Below are positions 9,162-18,743 of a stretch of 64,000 nucleotides of DNA, piece after piece. The notes under the pieces were generated by a model. The model did no database searches and was not told the DNA's origin. It saw only the letters and a list, made by a program, of their open reading frames with translations. A program made the position numbers and the translations under genes. Positions within the stretch are counted from its first letter, which is position 1; each line of letters begins with the position of its first letter. Location: the IMG/VR virus record IMGVR_UViG_3300036801_000174, positions 1 to 64,000 of that record; one strand, given 5' to 3'. Source of the stretch: a virus.

Positions 9162-12100
9162 CTAACTGCTGCGCCCGGCCAGCTTCAGCCCTGAGCCGGT
9201 GTTCCGGTGCGCCCGCTGAAGCGTGTAGGTTTGCACCGCATTGGCGATTTCCTTGCCGTCCAGGTTCACGTGAACGTTGATCACCTGGCCCGGCCCGCTG
9301 GCATTGCCGCCGCCCTGCACAATGATCGGCATCGGCTGAACCCCGCCGCCAGCGCCCACATGCGGGCTCACCAGCTTCCCGCCAGCAGCCTTCTTGTGAG
9401 CCTCCGCCGCGCCCTTGCCCACCCCGTCCGCGAACTGCTTGCCGAGGTCTTTCCCCAGTTCGGCCAGGGACTTGCCGTCCTTCCCGCCCTTCAGCGCCTT
9501 CACAATCGACTTCGCCAGGTCCTTGATCGACGCCTCAACCCCGGACAGCGCCGACTTCAGGCCCGCGGCCAGGCCCTTCCCGATATCCGCACCGGACTCA
9601 TACGCCGCATTCGCGCCGGTCACACCAAGCTGCTTCGCCGCCTTCGCAAGCTGGTTCTGCAGCTGCGCGACCTCTTTCACGCCCCCCGGCCCCCCGGACA
9701 GCAGCGTCTTCGCCGCCGGCAGCCCGGTCGTCACCCCCGCCTGCAGCAGCTGCTTGATGCTGGTCTTGTCCAGGCCCTCTTTCTTCAGCTTCACGATGTC
9801 GTTCTTGAACGCGCGGACCTGGCCGATGTACTTCTTCAGCTGCGACTGGACCGACTGGTTCACCGGACCGGGGTCGGTGCCCTGTTCTTCCTCGTAAACC
9901 CGCTCACCCTCGGTTTTCACGTTCCCGGCGAGGGTGACGATGTTGCCGCCCTCGATCGCCGAGGACTGCACCGACTTGAACAGCGAGTCGGCGGCCTGGA
10001 TCTGCGACTCGAGATCCTTCCGCTGCCCCGCGAGCTGCTGGAGTTTGGCGGTGTCAGATTTCAGCCACGACGAGATCGCCGAGTCCTCGCCCCCGGTGAT
10101 CTTCTTGTCTTTCAGCGCCTTCGCCAGATCCGACTCGAGCTTGCGCATCGTGTCGGCGATGGTCTTGTCATTGAACGGCTTCAGCGTCCCGACCGCGAGA
10201 TCCTTGGCGGCCTGCTGGACGGCGGCCTTCCCGCCTTCGAGGCCCTGGGCCAGTCCTTCGGCGTCGTTCTTGCCGATGCCCTTGAACACCTTGCTTGGGC
10301 TCTGCGTGGCGTGCGCGGCTTTCACGGCCGAGGTGACTGCGTTGGCCATGGCGGTAGCTGCTGCGACAGCGGCGCCCGTGCCCGCCCGGATCCCGGCTGC
10401 GAGCCCGGCGCCCAGGGCGGACCCGGCAGCGTTCCCGGCTGCAGCCATCCCGGACAGGGCGCCGCGGATCTGGCCCACGATGGCCCGTGCCGCGCCGACT
10501 GCGGCACCGCCGCCGGACTGGATGGCGTTCGTCAGCCCGGAATCGAACGCGCGGCCCGCCGACGCCCCGGCGGCCGACATGGCACCGGACAGGGCACCGA
10601 GGCCGGACAGTTTCGCGCTGGACAAATCGACAGTGACGCCGTGGATCTTGACGTTCTTCGCCGCGGCCTGGATCCCCGACGTGTCAACCTTGTCGACCTT
10701 CGCGGTCGCGGGGACCTTGGCGTCCTTCACGCCCGAGGCGTCGGCGTGGGTGATCTTCGCTTTGGCGTTCACCGAAGGCGGCGCCAGGCCCCCGGCGGTC
10801 AGGGACTTCGCGAGCGCCGCCTTGTCGACGTGGATCTTGGCAGTGACCGGGATGTTCATCGGCCCGCCAGCGGTCAGGGAGGCCCGCAGCGCGCCCTTGT
10901 CGACCTTGGGGTGGACCGGGATGCTCAGCGGCCCGGCGCTCCCGGTCAGCGACCGCCGCAGCGCCTCACCGCCTACCGGCTTCGGGGCGACGGGAATATG
11001 CAGCGGGCCGGCGGCAGGAGACAGGGACTTCGCCAGCGCGCCCTTGTCAAGGTGCGGGGTGACCTTGACCGGCACCTGGGCGGCCTTGCCCGCGAACCCG
11101 TGCTGCGTGAATTCCTTCAGCCACGGCGGCTCCCAGGAGCCGGTGAGCGCCGGCTTCCAGAACTTGCTGATGGAGAACTCGCTGGCCTTCTCCAGGCCGC
11201 TGGCGGCCTTGCCGAAGCCCTTGAAAATGTTGTCGAGGATGTGCCCGGCGCCCTTGGTGACAGGGCTGTTCAGCACCGTGTTCAGGCCGTTGATGGCACC
11301 CGTCATGAGCTTGATGCCGTTCACGGCGGCGGTCACCAGGCCAGGGCTCACGGTCTTGATCAGCTGCGACACGCTCTTGACGAACTGGTTACCCGGCCCT
11401 GCGCCCTTGCCCACCAGCTGGCTGATGAACCCGCCGACCGCCCCGCCCAGCTGCTTGAACGAGGCCGCAGCCGGCCCCATGTCCTTCTTCAGCGAGGAGA
11501 TGAAGTGCAGGAACCCGGCGGACTTCTCCTGCTTGTCCAGGGCACCCAGCATGTTGCTGATGACCGGCGCCGCGCCCTTCGCCAGGGACACCAGCGACGG
11601 GATGGCGTCCTGGGCGGCCTTGAGCGCCTTGGGGATGTCGTGCAGGAAGTCCTTCTGGATTCCGGACTTGGCGCTGGCCTGCGAGAACGCGTGCCCGAAC
11701 TGCTGGATGGACCGCACCGAGGCCGCGATGGGCTTCGGCATCCCGGCCCACGTGTTCTGCAGGCTGGTCAGGGCCTTCTGCTCGGCCTTCAGGTTCGCCT
11801 TGGTCGGGTCACGCTCAGCGGCGACCTGGGCGGTGTGGTACTTCGCCTGGGCTGCCGTGACGGCGGTGAGGCCGTTCTTGACCTTCTCCAGCGCCGGGGC
11901 CGCGAGCAGGCCGAACGACCCGAAACCCGCGCCGAGGGACAGGACCCCCGGGGTGACGGCGACGACGGCTTCGACCAGGGCACCGATCCCTGCGGCCATG
12001 ACGGGGATGTCCAGGCTGCCGAGACCGCCCATGATCTTGCCCATGCGGCCGAGCTCGTTGTCCGCGTTCTCGGCGTCGTGGGCGAGCCGTTCGACGTCGC

Positions 12101-12584
12101 TTCCGCCACCCCGTCCGCCCCGGCCGCCGAACAGCCCTCCGGCGCCGCTGGAGATGCCGCGCTGCGCCAGGGCCGCCTCGGCGGCGTTGTCGCGGACCTT
12201 CCCCAGCGCCTCGGCGTACGCTTCCGCACCGACAGCGGACCGGCCCAGGCTCGGTGCCTTGACCGCCTTCAGCGCAGCAGCGGCCTCAGCGGCGTCGTCG
12301 CGTACCCTGGCCAGTCCCTCGGCTGCCGCTTCCGCCCCGGTGCCGATCTCGCCGAGCTTGACCCCGGAGTCCCGGATCGACTTCAGCGCCTTCGCGGCTT
12401 CCGCTGCGGCGTTGCGCAGCGACCCCAGCGACTTCGCTGCGGCACCGAACGAGCCCGCGATCTCCCCGGCAGCATCCCGGGCGTCCTTCAGGGACTTCGC
12501 GAGCTCCCGGGCCGCCGCTGCGGCGTCCTGGAGGGAGCCTGCCCCGTGGACCGAGATGTCTACGGACGCGGAGACATCAGCCAC
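9162..12584 (-). CDS. tape measure protein
   Basis: 1140-aa Ala/Gly/Lys-rich helical ORF, SPSKVF motif, C-terminal VNLDGKEIA, follows tail chaperone. Confidence 0.85.
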   Translation of the reverse strand: MADVSASVDISVHGAGSLQDAAAAARELAKSLKDARDAAGEIAGSFGAAAKSLGSLRNAAAEAAKALKSIRDSGVKLGEIGTGAEAAAEGLARVRDDAAEAAAALKAVKAPSLGRSAVGAEAYAEALGKVRDNAAEAALAQRGISSGAGGLFGGRGGRGGGSDVERLAHDAENADNELGRMGKIMGGLGSLDIPVMAAGIGALVEAVVAVTPGVLSLGAGFGSFGLLAAPALEKVKNGLTAVTAAQAKYHTAQVAAERDPTKANLKAEQKALTSLQNTWAGMPKPIAASVRSIQQFGHAFSQASAKSGIQKDFLHDIPKALKAAQDAIPSLVSLAKGAAPVISNMLGALDKQEKSAGFLHFISSLKKDMGPAAASFKQLGGAVGGFISQLVGKGAGPGNQFVKSVSQLIKTVSPGLVTAAVNGIKLMTGAINGLNTVLNSPVTKGAGHILDNIFKGFGKAASGLEKASEFSISKFWKPALTGSWEPPWLKEFTQHGFAGKAAQVPVKVTPHLDKGALAKSLSPAAGPLHIPVAPKPVGGEALRRSLTGSAGPLSIPVHPKVDKGALRASLTAGGPMNIPVTAKIHVDKAALAKSLTAGGLAPPSVNAKAKITHADASGVKDAKVPATAKVDKVDTSGIQAAAKNVKIHGVTVDLSSAKLSGLGALSGAMSAAGASAGRAFDSGLTNAIQSGGGAAVGAARAIVGQIRGALSGMAAAGNAAGSALGAGLAAGIRAGTGAAVAAATAMANAVTSAVKAAHATQSPSKVFKGIGKNDAEGLAQGLEGGKAAVQQAAKDLAVGTLKPFNDKTIADTMRKLESDLAKALKDKKITGGEDSAISSWLKSDTAKLQQLAGQRKDLESQIQAADSLFKSVQSSAIEGGNIVTLAGNVKTEGERVYEEEQGTDPGPVNQSVQSQLKKYIGQVRAFKNDIVKLKKEGLDKTSIKQLLQAGVTTGLPAAKTLLSGGPGGVKEVAQLQNQLAKAAKQLGVTGANAAYESGADIGKGLAAGLKSALSGVEASIKDLAKSIVKALKGGKDGKSLAELGKDLGKQFADGVGKGAAEAHKKAAGGKLVSPHVGAGGGVQPMPIIVQGGGNASGPGQVINVHVNLDGKEIANAVQTYTLQRAHRNTGSGLKLAGRSS

Positions 12585-12630
12585 GGGTCACCCCCGGCCG
12601 GTGGCGTGACGTGGGAGAATGGTGTTTGCG

Positions 12631-12783
12631 ATGAGGCGGATTCGGTGGTGCGATGCCCGCACGCTGAGGAACGGTCTCCCGTGGCAACTGGCGGTGTACC
12701 TCGGCGTGGCCTGCTCGCCGTCGCTGCATCTCTCGCTCAGCAGGTGCACGTTCCACCGGCTCAAGGGGTGGCGGGAGAGTTAG
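12631..12783 (+). CDS. small hypothetical protein, counter-oriented
   Basis: 50-aa ORF MRRIRWCDAR..GWRES preceded by CGTGGGAGAAT; its stop overlaps the stop of the minus-strand gene. Confidence 0.4.
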   Translation: MRRIRWCDARTLRNGLPWQLAVYLGVACSPSLHLSLSRCTFHRLKGWRES

Positions 12784-13202
12784 ATGCCGGACTCCTCGAG
12801 GATCTGCTGCACGATGTCGTCGCAGGCGGGGCCTATCGCACCCCGGGCCCACGCGATGGTGCTCTCCACGTAATGCGAGCCCTTCTGGGTGACGCTCTTC
12901 CCGAAGAACGACGAGCCGTCCGTGAGCACCTTCGCGTGCTTGACGGTGATCGTGCCGCCGTCGTTCCTGAACGACGCGTACAGCGGCAGGTGCGTGGACA
13001 CCTTCACCTCAGCGTGGCCGCCGCCGCCTTCCAGGTCCGAATGCTCAGACCCGGCCAGGGCACCTGACCGCTTCGGCGTGTTGCGCTGGAACTCGGCGAG
13101 GAACTTGGGCTGGAACTCCTGGGCGCACCGCAGCGCGCCTTTCTCCTCCAGGTCCCTGGCCGCGCGGGACAGGGCATCAGCGAACGCGTCGAGGCTGGAC
13201 AT
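12780..13202 (-). CDS. HK97 gp10-like tail completion protein
   Basis: TPKRSGALAGS..YASFRNDGG motif and position. Confidence 0.7.
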   Translation of the reverse strand: MSSLDAFADALSRAARDLEEKGALRCAQEFQPKFLAEFQRNTPKRSGALAGSEHSDLEGGGGHAEVKVSTHLPLYASFRNDGGTITVKHAKVLTDGSSFFGKSVTQKGSHYVESTIAWARGAIGPACDDIVQQILEESGI

Positions 13203-13203
13203 G

Positions 13204-13847
13204 TCACCCGCTCCCGTTGCGGATCGCGTTCATCGTGGTCCCGATCGGGCCGAGCCACCGGCCCATCTTCAGCGGCAACTGCTGGGTCTCCCAGGGCTTG
13301 AGGCCGTAGTCGATCAGATAGAAGCAGTCTCGGGCAGTTCGGGCGTCGAGTCCGGGAGGTGGTTCTGCGACTCGTCCGGTGAGCCATTCCTTGAGCCACC
13401 ACCATCCGTCGAACTCTCCGGACTGGCTGGCTCTTTTGGGCCGCTCTCAGCGTTCAGTGCCTCCTGGTATGGCTCAATCGCGGTCTTCAGTACCTTCGAG
13501 GCCGGGAGAGGAAGCACCTTCCGGGAGTCCGCCGAGTAGGGCAGCGGGATATGCGGCATTGCGTCAGGGGCCGCATAAGACCAGTCCGTGATCAGCGAGG
13601 CGAGCAGGTCATCGCGGCGCTGCAGGAGCATCTCCGCGGTCACGCGCATGCGGGGCGTCTTCTTCGGCGCCACGCTCACGCCATCCGCGGACACCTCGTC
13701 CTCTTCGTTGGCCTCGTCCTCGATCTGCCTGGCGTAGGCGCGCGTGAAGACCGCCTGGTAGGCGTCATCGTCGGCGGCTGTCAGGGCATCGATGTCCCGG
13801 AGCTCGACCCAGTGCTCCCCGGTACCACCCGGGACCTCAACGCGCAT
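13204..13847 (-). CDS. tail assembly chaperone GT, -1 frameshift product
   Basis: in-frame C CCA AAA at 13440-13434; -1 frame open to TGA at 13204 (..YLIDYGLKPWETQQLPLKMGRWL..). Confidence 0.75.
13314..13847 (-). CDS. tail assembly chaperone (G)
   Basis: 177 aa between major tail and tape measure; LITDWSY motif; GPK at slippery site. Confidence 0.8.
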   Translation of the reverse strand: MRVEVPGGTGEHWVELRDIDALTAADDDAYQAVFTRAYARQIEDEANEEDEVSADGVSVAPKKTPRMRVTAEMLLQRRDDLLASLITDWSYAAPDAMPHIPLPYSADSRKVLPLPASKVLKTAIEPYQEALNAESGPKEPASPESSTDGGGSRNGSPDESQNHLPDSTPELPETASI

Positions 13848-13923
13848 GGCAAGCCTTTCCTTGAACGTGTATGTCAGCCGTTAATGACAGGCCGTGGCGC
13901 GGCCCAGAGAAGGCCACATCGGC

Positions 13924-15189
13924 TTAATACGTAGCGACTGCGTTTTGCAAGGTGATGGTGCATATGCCCCATCCACCAGAGTTGCCAACATTGGAGGTAT
14001 TGCCCAGAAGTATCCCAGTGGTGTTGTATCCGAACAATGTCTTGTCCGCAGTCAGCTTCGCGCTGTTGAAGGCGCCGATCTGGGCCGACATCGAGAACGA
14101 GACCAGGCTCGAACCGCTCAGGCCGTTGCTGGTCGTCCAGACCAAAGTAGGACGAACATTGGACAAATAGTTGTTAAGCGCACTTTGATCAGACGCCGGA
14201 GCGTAGTCAATCGTGAAAGTCCCGTCCAAAGGACCACGAGCTATGACATAGGGGGCCTGCTGGCCATCGACTGCGGGGATCGGCTCGACCTCGCGGACGA
14301 GGTCAATCTCCCAGCTCATGATGTTGTAGATGCCGGTCCCGCCGATGGTGGACGTGCCCATCCACGCCGGGATCGAGTTCACCGAGGAGAGCGAGGGCGT
14401 GATGGTCCCGGCCGGAGCGGTCTGCGGCCAGCAGGTCACCGCGCCTTCCCACGTGAGCAGCCCGGTCGCGGCCCCGGAAATCTTCAGCGAGCTGAAGCAC
14501 GAGAAGGGATACAGGTCCCCGTAGAATCCGCCGCTGCCCGCGGTCTGGTTGCGGTCGAACAGTGCGTGAGACGGCGGCTGGCCATTGACGAGGCCTGTGG
14601 CCGAAGCCGGGTTCAGGGTATTGAAAACGTGCGTAAACGGGGCCACGACGGTCGTGACGGCGATGCCGGTCAGGTGCGAGAACCGGATCGGCGTGGTGGC
14701 GTCGACCACGATGGACGTGGCTGTCGAGCCGGTGCCGACCTTGACGATCTCGGCCGTGGTCGTAGTGCCGATCTGGATGTAGGTCCCGGCGACCGCCGAG
14801 GATGCCGAGGTGACGGCGATCGGCCCGGCCCCCGGTGACAGGGCACCGGAGGTGGTCCACGTCGGCGTCCCGGCTGTCCCGGTGGCGGTGTAGTCGCCGA
14901 ATACGTTCAGGAGCACATGCCCGATGGTGTCGCCGAACAGCGGCGACGCCGGGATGGCGACCTCGGTCCAGTACGACCCGAGCTGCAGGTCGTAGACGGA
15001 CGTCATGGCGCCCCGCAGGCCCTTGTCCTCAAGCAGCCCCAGCTTCGGGTCGGGATTGAAGCCGGCCACTGGCAACTCGACATACCCGCTCGAAGGTGGC
15101 GTACCGGTCGTCGCTTCCTTGGCGATGCCGACGAACCGCTCGGCAACCGGGTATATGGCAGTAGGCACGGCCAAAGTCATGGAACTCAC
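13924..15189 (-). CDS. major tail (tube) protein
   Basis: 421 aa, ERFVGIAKEATTGT N-terminal motif, beta-rich, upstream of chaperone. Confidence 0.8.
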   Translation of the reverse strand: MSSMTLAVPTAIYPVAERFVGIAKEATTGTPPSSGYVELPVAGFNPDPKLGLLEDKGLRGAMTSVYDLQLGSYWTEVAIPASPLFGDTIGHVLLNVFGDYTATGTAGTPTWTTSGALSPGAGPIAVTSASSAVAGTYIQIGTTTTAEIVKVGTGSTATSIVVDATTPIRFSHLTGIAVTTVVAPFTHVFNTLNPASATGLVNGQPPSHALFDRNQTAGSGGFYGDLYPFSCFSSLKISGAATGLLTWEGAVTCWPQTAPAGTITPSLSSVNSIPAWMGTSTIGGTGIYNIMSWEIDLVREVEPIPAVDGQQAPYVIARGPLDGTFTIDYAPASDQSALNNYLSNVRPTLVWTTSNGLSGSSLVSFSMSAQIGAFNSAKLTADKTLFGYNTTGILLGNTSNVGNSGGWGICTITLQNAVATY

Positions 15190-15238
15190 CCATTTCTGTC
15201 AGGGCAGGCTGGAAGGCCGTCCGGATGCTGGGAGTGGT

Positions 15239-15604
15239 CTAGTCGTCGCTCTCGGAACCGCCCTCAGGCGGCGTCACGCTGACCGCAGCCGGGCTCTTGG
15301 CCCTGGGCGCGGGTGCTGGCACGGCCGGGGTCTTAGAGACCGCCTCAGCGCTGTCCCCGCCCTCGTCCTCCGGCTCCGGGTCGGCCAGCCGCTTCGGCAG
15401 CGGGCCGTCCGAGGGGAACCAGTCCGCGGTCGGCGGCGGGAACCACGCGGCGGCCTCGTCCGGGTCCTCCGGCACCATCACGCCGAACGGGCCGGAGAAC
15501 TCCCGCTCCTCGCCCGGCTTCACGTAGCCGACAATCACGGCGCGGGCGTCCCGGGTCTCAGGAAAGGAGCACGGGGTGGTCCCGCAGAAGGTGAACTCGG
15601 GCAT
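15239..15604 (-). CDS. virion-associated hypothetical protein
   Basis: GGAGG then ATG at 15604; acidic Pro-rich C-terminus; precedes major tail. Confidence 0.6.
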   Translation of the reverse strand: MPEFTFCGTTPCSFPETRDARAVIVGYVKPGEEREFSGPFGVMVPEDPDEAAAWFPPPTADWFPSDGPLPKRLADPEPEDEGGDSAEAVSKTPAVPAPAPRAKSPAAVSVTPPEGGSESDD

Positions 15605-15640
15605 GGGACCTCCAGCGACGTGACGTGGGAAGATGCGGGG

Positions 15641-16030
15641 ATGATCAGCGAGGAGCAGGTGGCATTCCTGGCCGCGCGGCTTGACGAGGACGAGACGAGT
15701 GCCAAACTGGCTGCCCGCGAGGGTGGCACGTGGACGCAAGACGATCCCGCACGCTTCCCGGGTTCGATCTCAAGCCTTGGCGGCCCGGTCGTTTACGACG
15801 AAGGCGCACCGGATGAGAACCAGGCTCCGCACATCGTTCGGTTTGACCCGAACCGTATGCTCCGCGACGTGGCGGCCGACCGGCAGCTGCTCGCCGCCTG
15901 GCAGCAAGCGGAGGCTGCTACACCTGCTAGCGCCTGGGAGAGCGACTACGCGCAGGCGCTAGAACGGGCCGTCAGGATCCGGGCCGCCGTCTACAGCGAC
16001 CACCCGGACTACGGGAAGTTGTTCGGCTAG
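15641..16030 (+). CDS. DUF6221-like protein, counter-oriented
   Basis: FLAARLDEDE..HIVRFDPNRMLRDVAA..AVYSDHPDY; GAAGAT-N6-ATG. Confidence 0.75.
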   Translation: MISEEQVAFLAARLDEDETSAKLAAREGGTWTQDDPARFPGSISSLGGPVVYDEGAPDENQAPHIVRFDPNRMLRDVAADRQLLAAWQQAEAATPASAWESDYAQALERAVRIRAAVYSDHPDYGKLFG

Positions 16031-16647
16031 ACCGGGATATTGGGCACCGGAACAAGCCTCGGGCAATACGCCCAGAACTCGAACGTCGCGTCGCCTGCGT
16101 ACCGGCCCCGCGCGTCAGCCCTGCCCTCGGCGTTGACGACCGGCTGGAATGGCATGGACGCGTCCTGCCCGGCCATGCCATCGGTGACGCGGCCGAAGAA
16201 GTTCTCCCCGGCTTCCTCGATCAGCCGCCCCTCCGGCGTGGAGGTGCCGAGGGTGGGGTCGGCGTACAGCAGGTTCAGCATGGCGTCGAGCAGGTCATCA
16301 AGGCCGGCTTCGGCGGTCTCCACGTGCTGTTCCTCGGAGATCACCACGAGGCGGCACTGCACGTTGTACCAGTGATTGAACCAGCCGCCCATTGCGAGGC
16401 GCTGGCGCTGGCGCTGGAAGCCCGCGACGCCCATGACCGCGCCCCAGCCGTGACCGTCGGGCATCCCTGCTGTGTAGTACGGGTCGGGGACGCCTTTGGG
16501 TGCGTACGGGTAGGCGGTGCCCAGCCCGGAGGCCGTGAGGGGGCCGTTCTGGTATGCGATCCCAGCGTCCGTCGTGACCAGCAGGCCACCGAAGTAGGCG
16601 GCGATGGCCTCGCGGACCTGCTGCCGCTCGCCGGTTTCCCCGGTCAC
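16027..16647 (-). CDS. tail terminator/neck protein
   Basis: 206 aa, LLYADPTLG motif, position in neck module. Confidence 0.6.
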   Translation of the reverse strand: MTGETGERQQVREAIAAYFGGLLVTTDAGIAYQNGPLTASGLGTAYPYAPKGVPDPYYTAGMPDGHGWGAVMGVAGFQRQRQRLAMGGWFNHWYNVQCRLVVISEEQHVETAEAGLDDLLDAMLNLLYADPTLGTSTPEGRLIEEAGENFFGRVTDGMAGQDASMPFQPVVNAEGRADARGRYAGDATFEFWAYCPRLVPVPNIPV

Positions 16648-17600
16648 GGCCGCCAGCCAGGCCTATAGGGCTCGAGGAAACCCAAGGCGTCATTGATGAG
16701 GCCGCCCGCCTGGCCGCCCCTGCCTTCCTCGGTGAAGCGCTTCCCGGTGCCGAAGGCGTCCACGGGCAGTTCCTCGGACACGTCCTCACGCATCAGGAAC
16801 GCGATGGCGAAGCAGATCACGGCCTGCAGGATGCCCCGCGGCATGCCGGTGACCAGGACCCCGCCGTCGTGGGCGTTCACGACCGGGGCAGCGAGCGGGA
16901 CCGTGGTCACCGCGGGGGGCACCGTGGGCACACCCGGCACGTACGAGGAGCCGACGGTGACCACCTCGGACTTGCCGAGGTCGTAGAACCGCAGCTGGTC
17001 ACCGGGCAGGACACTGGTCGCGTCGGTCAGGGACAGCGAGTCATCCGAGGCGGCGCATGCGGAGTTCAGCACGGTCGACGGGAATCCCGCCACATACGAC
17101 ATCGCGATGAACACCCGCCGTCCCGGGCGGGGTGCCTGCGGGCCGAAGATGCGGGGCATGACGGGGCCGGGCGGGACATCGCCGCCGGGGCGGAAGGAAT
17201 ACTGCCGGCCCCACGTCATCCACGCGGTCGGGTTCGGCAGCGGGTCGGTCTTCATCTCCGCCGGGTCGGTGCCGTACGACACGGCGGTGATGCCGCGGAC
17301 CGGGACGTCACGGGGCCGGACCGTCACCCGGCCGTCGTGGCTGACCGGCACCTGGTGGTTCTCGCCCTGCACGTAATGCCCGTCGAGGCGCATCGTGCGG
17401 CCCTCGTCGAGGTCCAGGCACGCTTGCGTGGCGGCGAGCAGGACGTCGGCGAGCTCGCCTTCCTGGGCGTCCTCGAACAGGCCGGGGACGAGGTTGTCCA
17501 GGTCGAGCCAGTGCGGGTACGCCCTGAACGCGTCGTCAGTGAGGTAGGGCTCGGTGAGGACCGCGGCGGGTGGCGGGGTGAGGACCGGGATTGCTGCCAT
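16644..17600 (-). CDS. head-tail connector/adaptor
   Basis: PYLTDDAF N-terminus, YVAGF..MPRGILQA..FLEPYR C-terminus. Confidence 0.7.
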   Translation of the reverse strand: MAAIPVLTPPPAAVLTEPYLTDDAFRAYPHWLDLDNLVPGLFEDAQEGELADVLLAATQACLDLDEGRTMRLDGHYVQGENHQVPVSHDGRVTVRPRDVPVRGITAVSYGTDPAEMKTDPLPNPTAWMTWGRQYSFRPGGDVPPGPVMPRIFGPQAPRPGRRVFIAMSYVAGFPSTVLNSACAASDDSLSLTDATSVLPGDQLRFYDLGKSEVVTVGSSYVPGVPTVPPAVTTVPLAAPVVNAHDGGVLVTGMPRGILQAVICFAIAFLMREDVSEELPVDAFGTGKRFTEEGRGGQAGGLINDALGFLEPYRPGWRP

Positions 17601-17614
17601 GGGCCCTCACCGCC

Positions 17615-17863
17615 TCACGCTGCGACGGTCCTGGGTTTGGGGTGCAGGGCCTTCTTGTTCTTCGCGGCCTTGCTGCCGTGCGGCGCCGGGGCATGACCCT
17701 GTCCCTGACCGTGTCCCTGCCCGTGCCCGTGCGCGGGCTTGGCACCCTTCTTGTGGCGTGCCGGGGGTGCCCGCTTTTTGCCGGCCTTCCCCTTGGCGCC
17801 CTTGCCGCCCTTGGCTCCGGGCTTCGCTGCCTTCCCCTTGGCGCGGTGTTTGGGGTGGTGCAC
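17615..17863 (-). CDS. small basic Lys/His/Gly-rich protein
   Basis: 82 aa, no acidic residues, fits the gap in the late operon. Confidence 0.55.
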   Translation of the reverse strand: MHHPKHRAKGKAAKPGAKGGKGAKGKAGKKRAPPARHKKGAKPAHGHGQGHGQGQGHAPAPHGSKAAKNKKALHPKPRTVAA

Positions 17864-17876
17864 AGCGGGAGCGGGC

Positions 17877-18299
17877 CTAGCTCGTGATAACGACGTACGA
17901 GACGAGGAAGGTGTGCGAGGCCGTCATCGACGCCGTGTTCTTGATCGTGATCGCCGTGGCCGTAACCGAGGCGATCACCGTGGCGACGTTGGTCAGCGTC
18001 GAGGTCGTGTCCACCAGGGACACCAGCACCGCTGCCGGGGCGGCGGCGTAGGTGTTCCCGAACGTGACCGTGGCGATCGTGCCCGCCGTGACCGATGTGC
18101 CGTCCGTGGTCAGGACGAACGACCCGCCGAGGTCATGGCCCACGGGCGCCGAGGAGACGCAGTGGGTGACGCCCGCGACAGTGGGGGCTGTCCCTGCGCC
18201 GCCGAGCTGGGGCACGCCGAGCGGGCCGGTCAGGGTGCCGCCCCAGATGGGGAGCGTGTCGGCGTACGCGGCAACGATGCCGTCGTTCGGGTTGGGCAT
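17877..18299 (-). CDS. virion structural protein (decoration/fibre-like)
   Basis: 140-aa T/V-rich ORF with GGAG RBS, downstream of capsid. Confidence 0.6.
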   Translation of the reverse strand: MPNPNDGIVAAYADTLPIWGGTLTGPLGVPQLGGAGTAPTVAGVTHCVSSAPVGHDLGGSFVLTTDGTSVTAGTIATVTFGNTYAAAPAAVLVSLVDTTSTLTNVATVIASVTATAITIKNTASMTASHTFLVSYVVITS

Positions 18300-18332
18300 G
18301 GTGATGCTCCCTGGGGTCGTTGCCTGACGGGG

Positions 18333-18674
18333 TTACTTGGCGGCTGCCTTCGCTGGCGCTGCCTTGGCGGCAGGTGCCTTGGCGTGCTCGGCCGGTGCCT
18401 CAGCCTCCGCCGGGGCGGTTGCCTGGGCGGCCTTGACCAGCTGGTTCACGGCGTCGAGGAGTGTGGCCGGGTCCTTGCGGCGCTCCAGTTCCTCGCTGAT
18501 GAGCCGGCGCTGCCGGCCGATGTCGGTCTCCCACTGCGGCTGCCCCGCGGTGGCGAAGCCGGCCAGGCGCTGGCCAAGTTCCTCGGGCAGGTCGAACGCG
18601 CCGTCCTTGCCTGCGGTGTAGTGCTCGCCGGAATCGTCGATGGCGATGGCGCCTGTGCGCGAGTAGAGGCGCAT
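18333..18674 (-). CDS. hypothetical virion protein
   Basis: AAGGAG RBS, MRLYSRTG.., Ala/Lys-rich tail. Confidence 0.6.
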   Translation of the reverse strand: MRLYSRTGAIAIDDSGEHYTAGKDGAFDLPEELGQRLAGFATAGQPQWETDIGRQRRLISEELERRKDPATLLDAVNQLVKAAQATAPAEAEAPAEHAKAPAAKAAPAKAAAK

Positions 18675-18743
18675 GCGTGCTCCTTCGGGCATGACAAAGG
18701 CCAGACGCAGGGCCCGGCCTCGTCAGCGAGTAGGTGGATACGA

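Noticed and set aside
9207-13067. 1286-aa and 891-aa plus-strand ORFs, and similar long ORFs at 21268-23280, 25476-27734 and 5396-7684
   Set aside because: Antisense or off-frame shadows of well-supported genes, expected in high-GC DNA; no motifs
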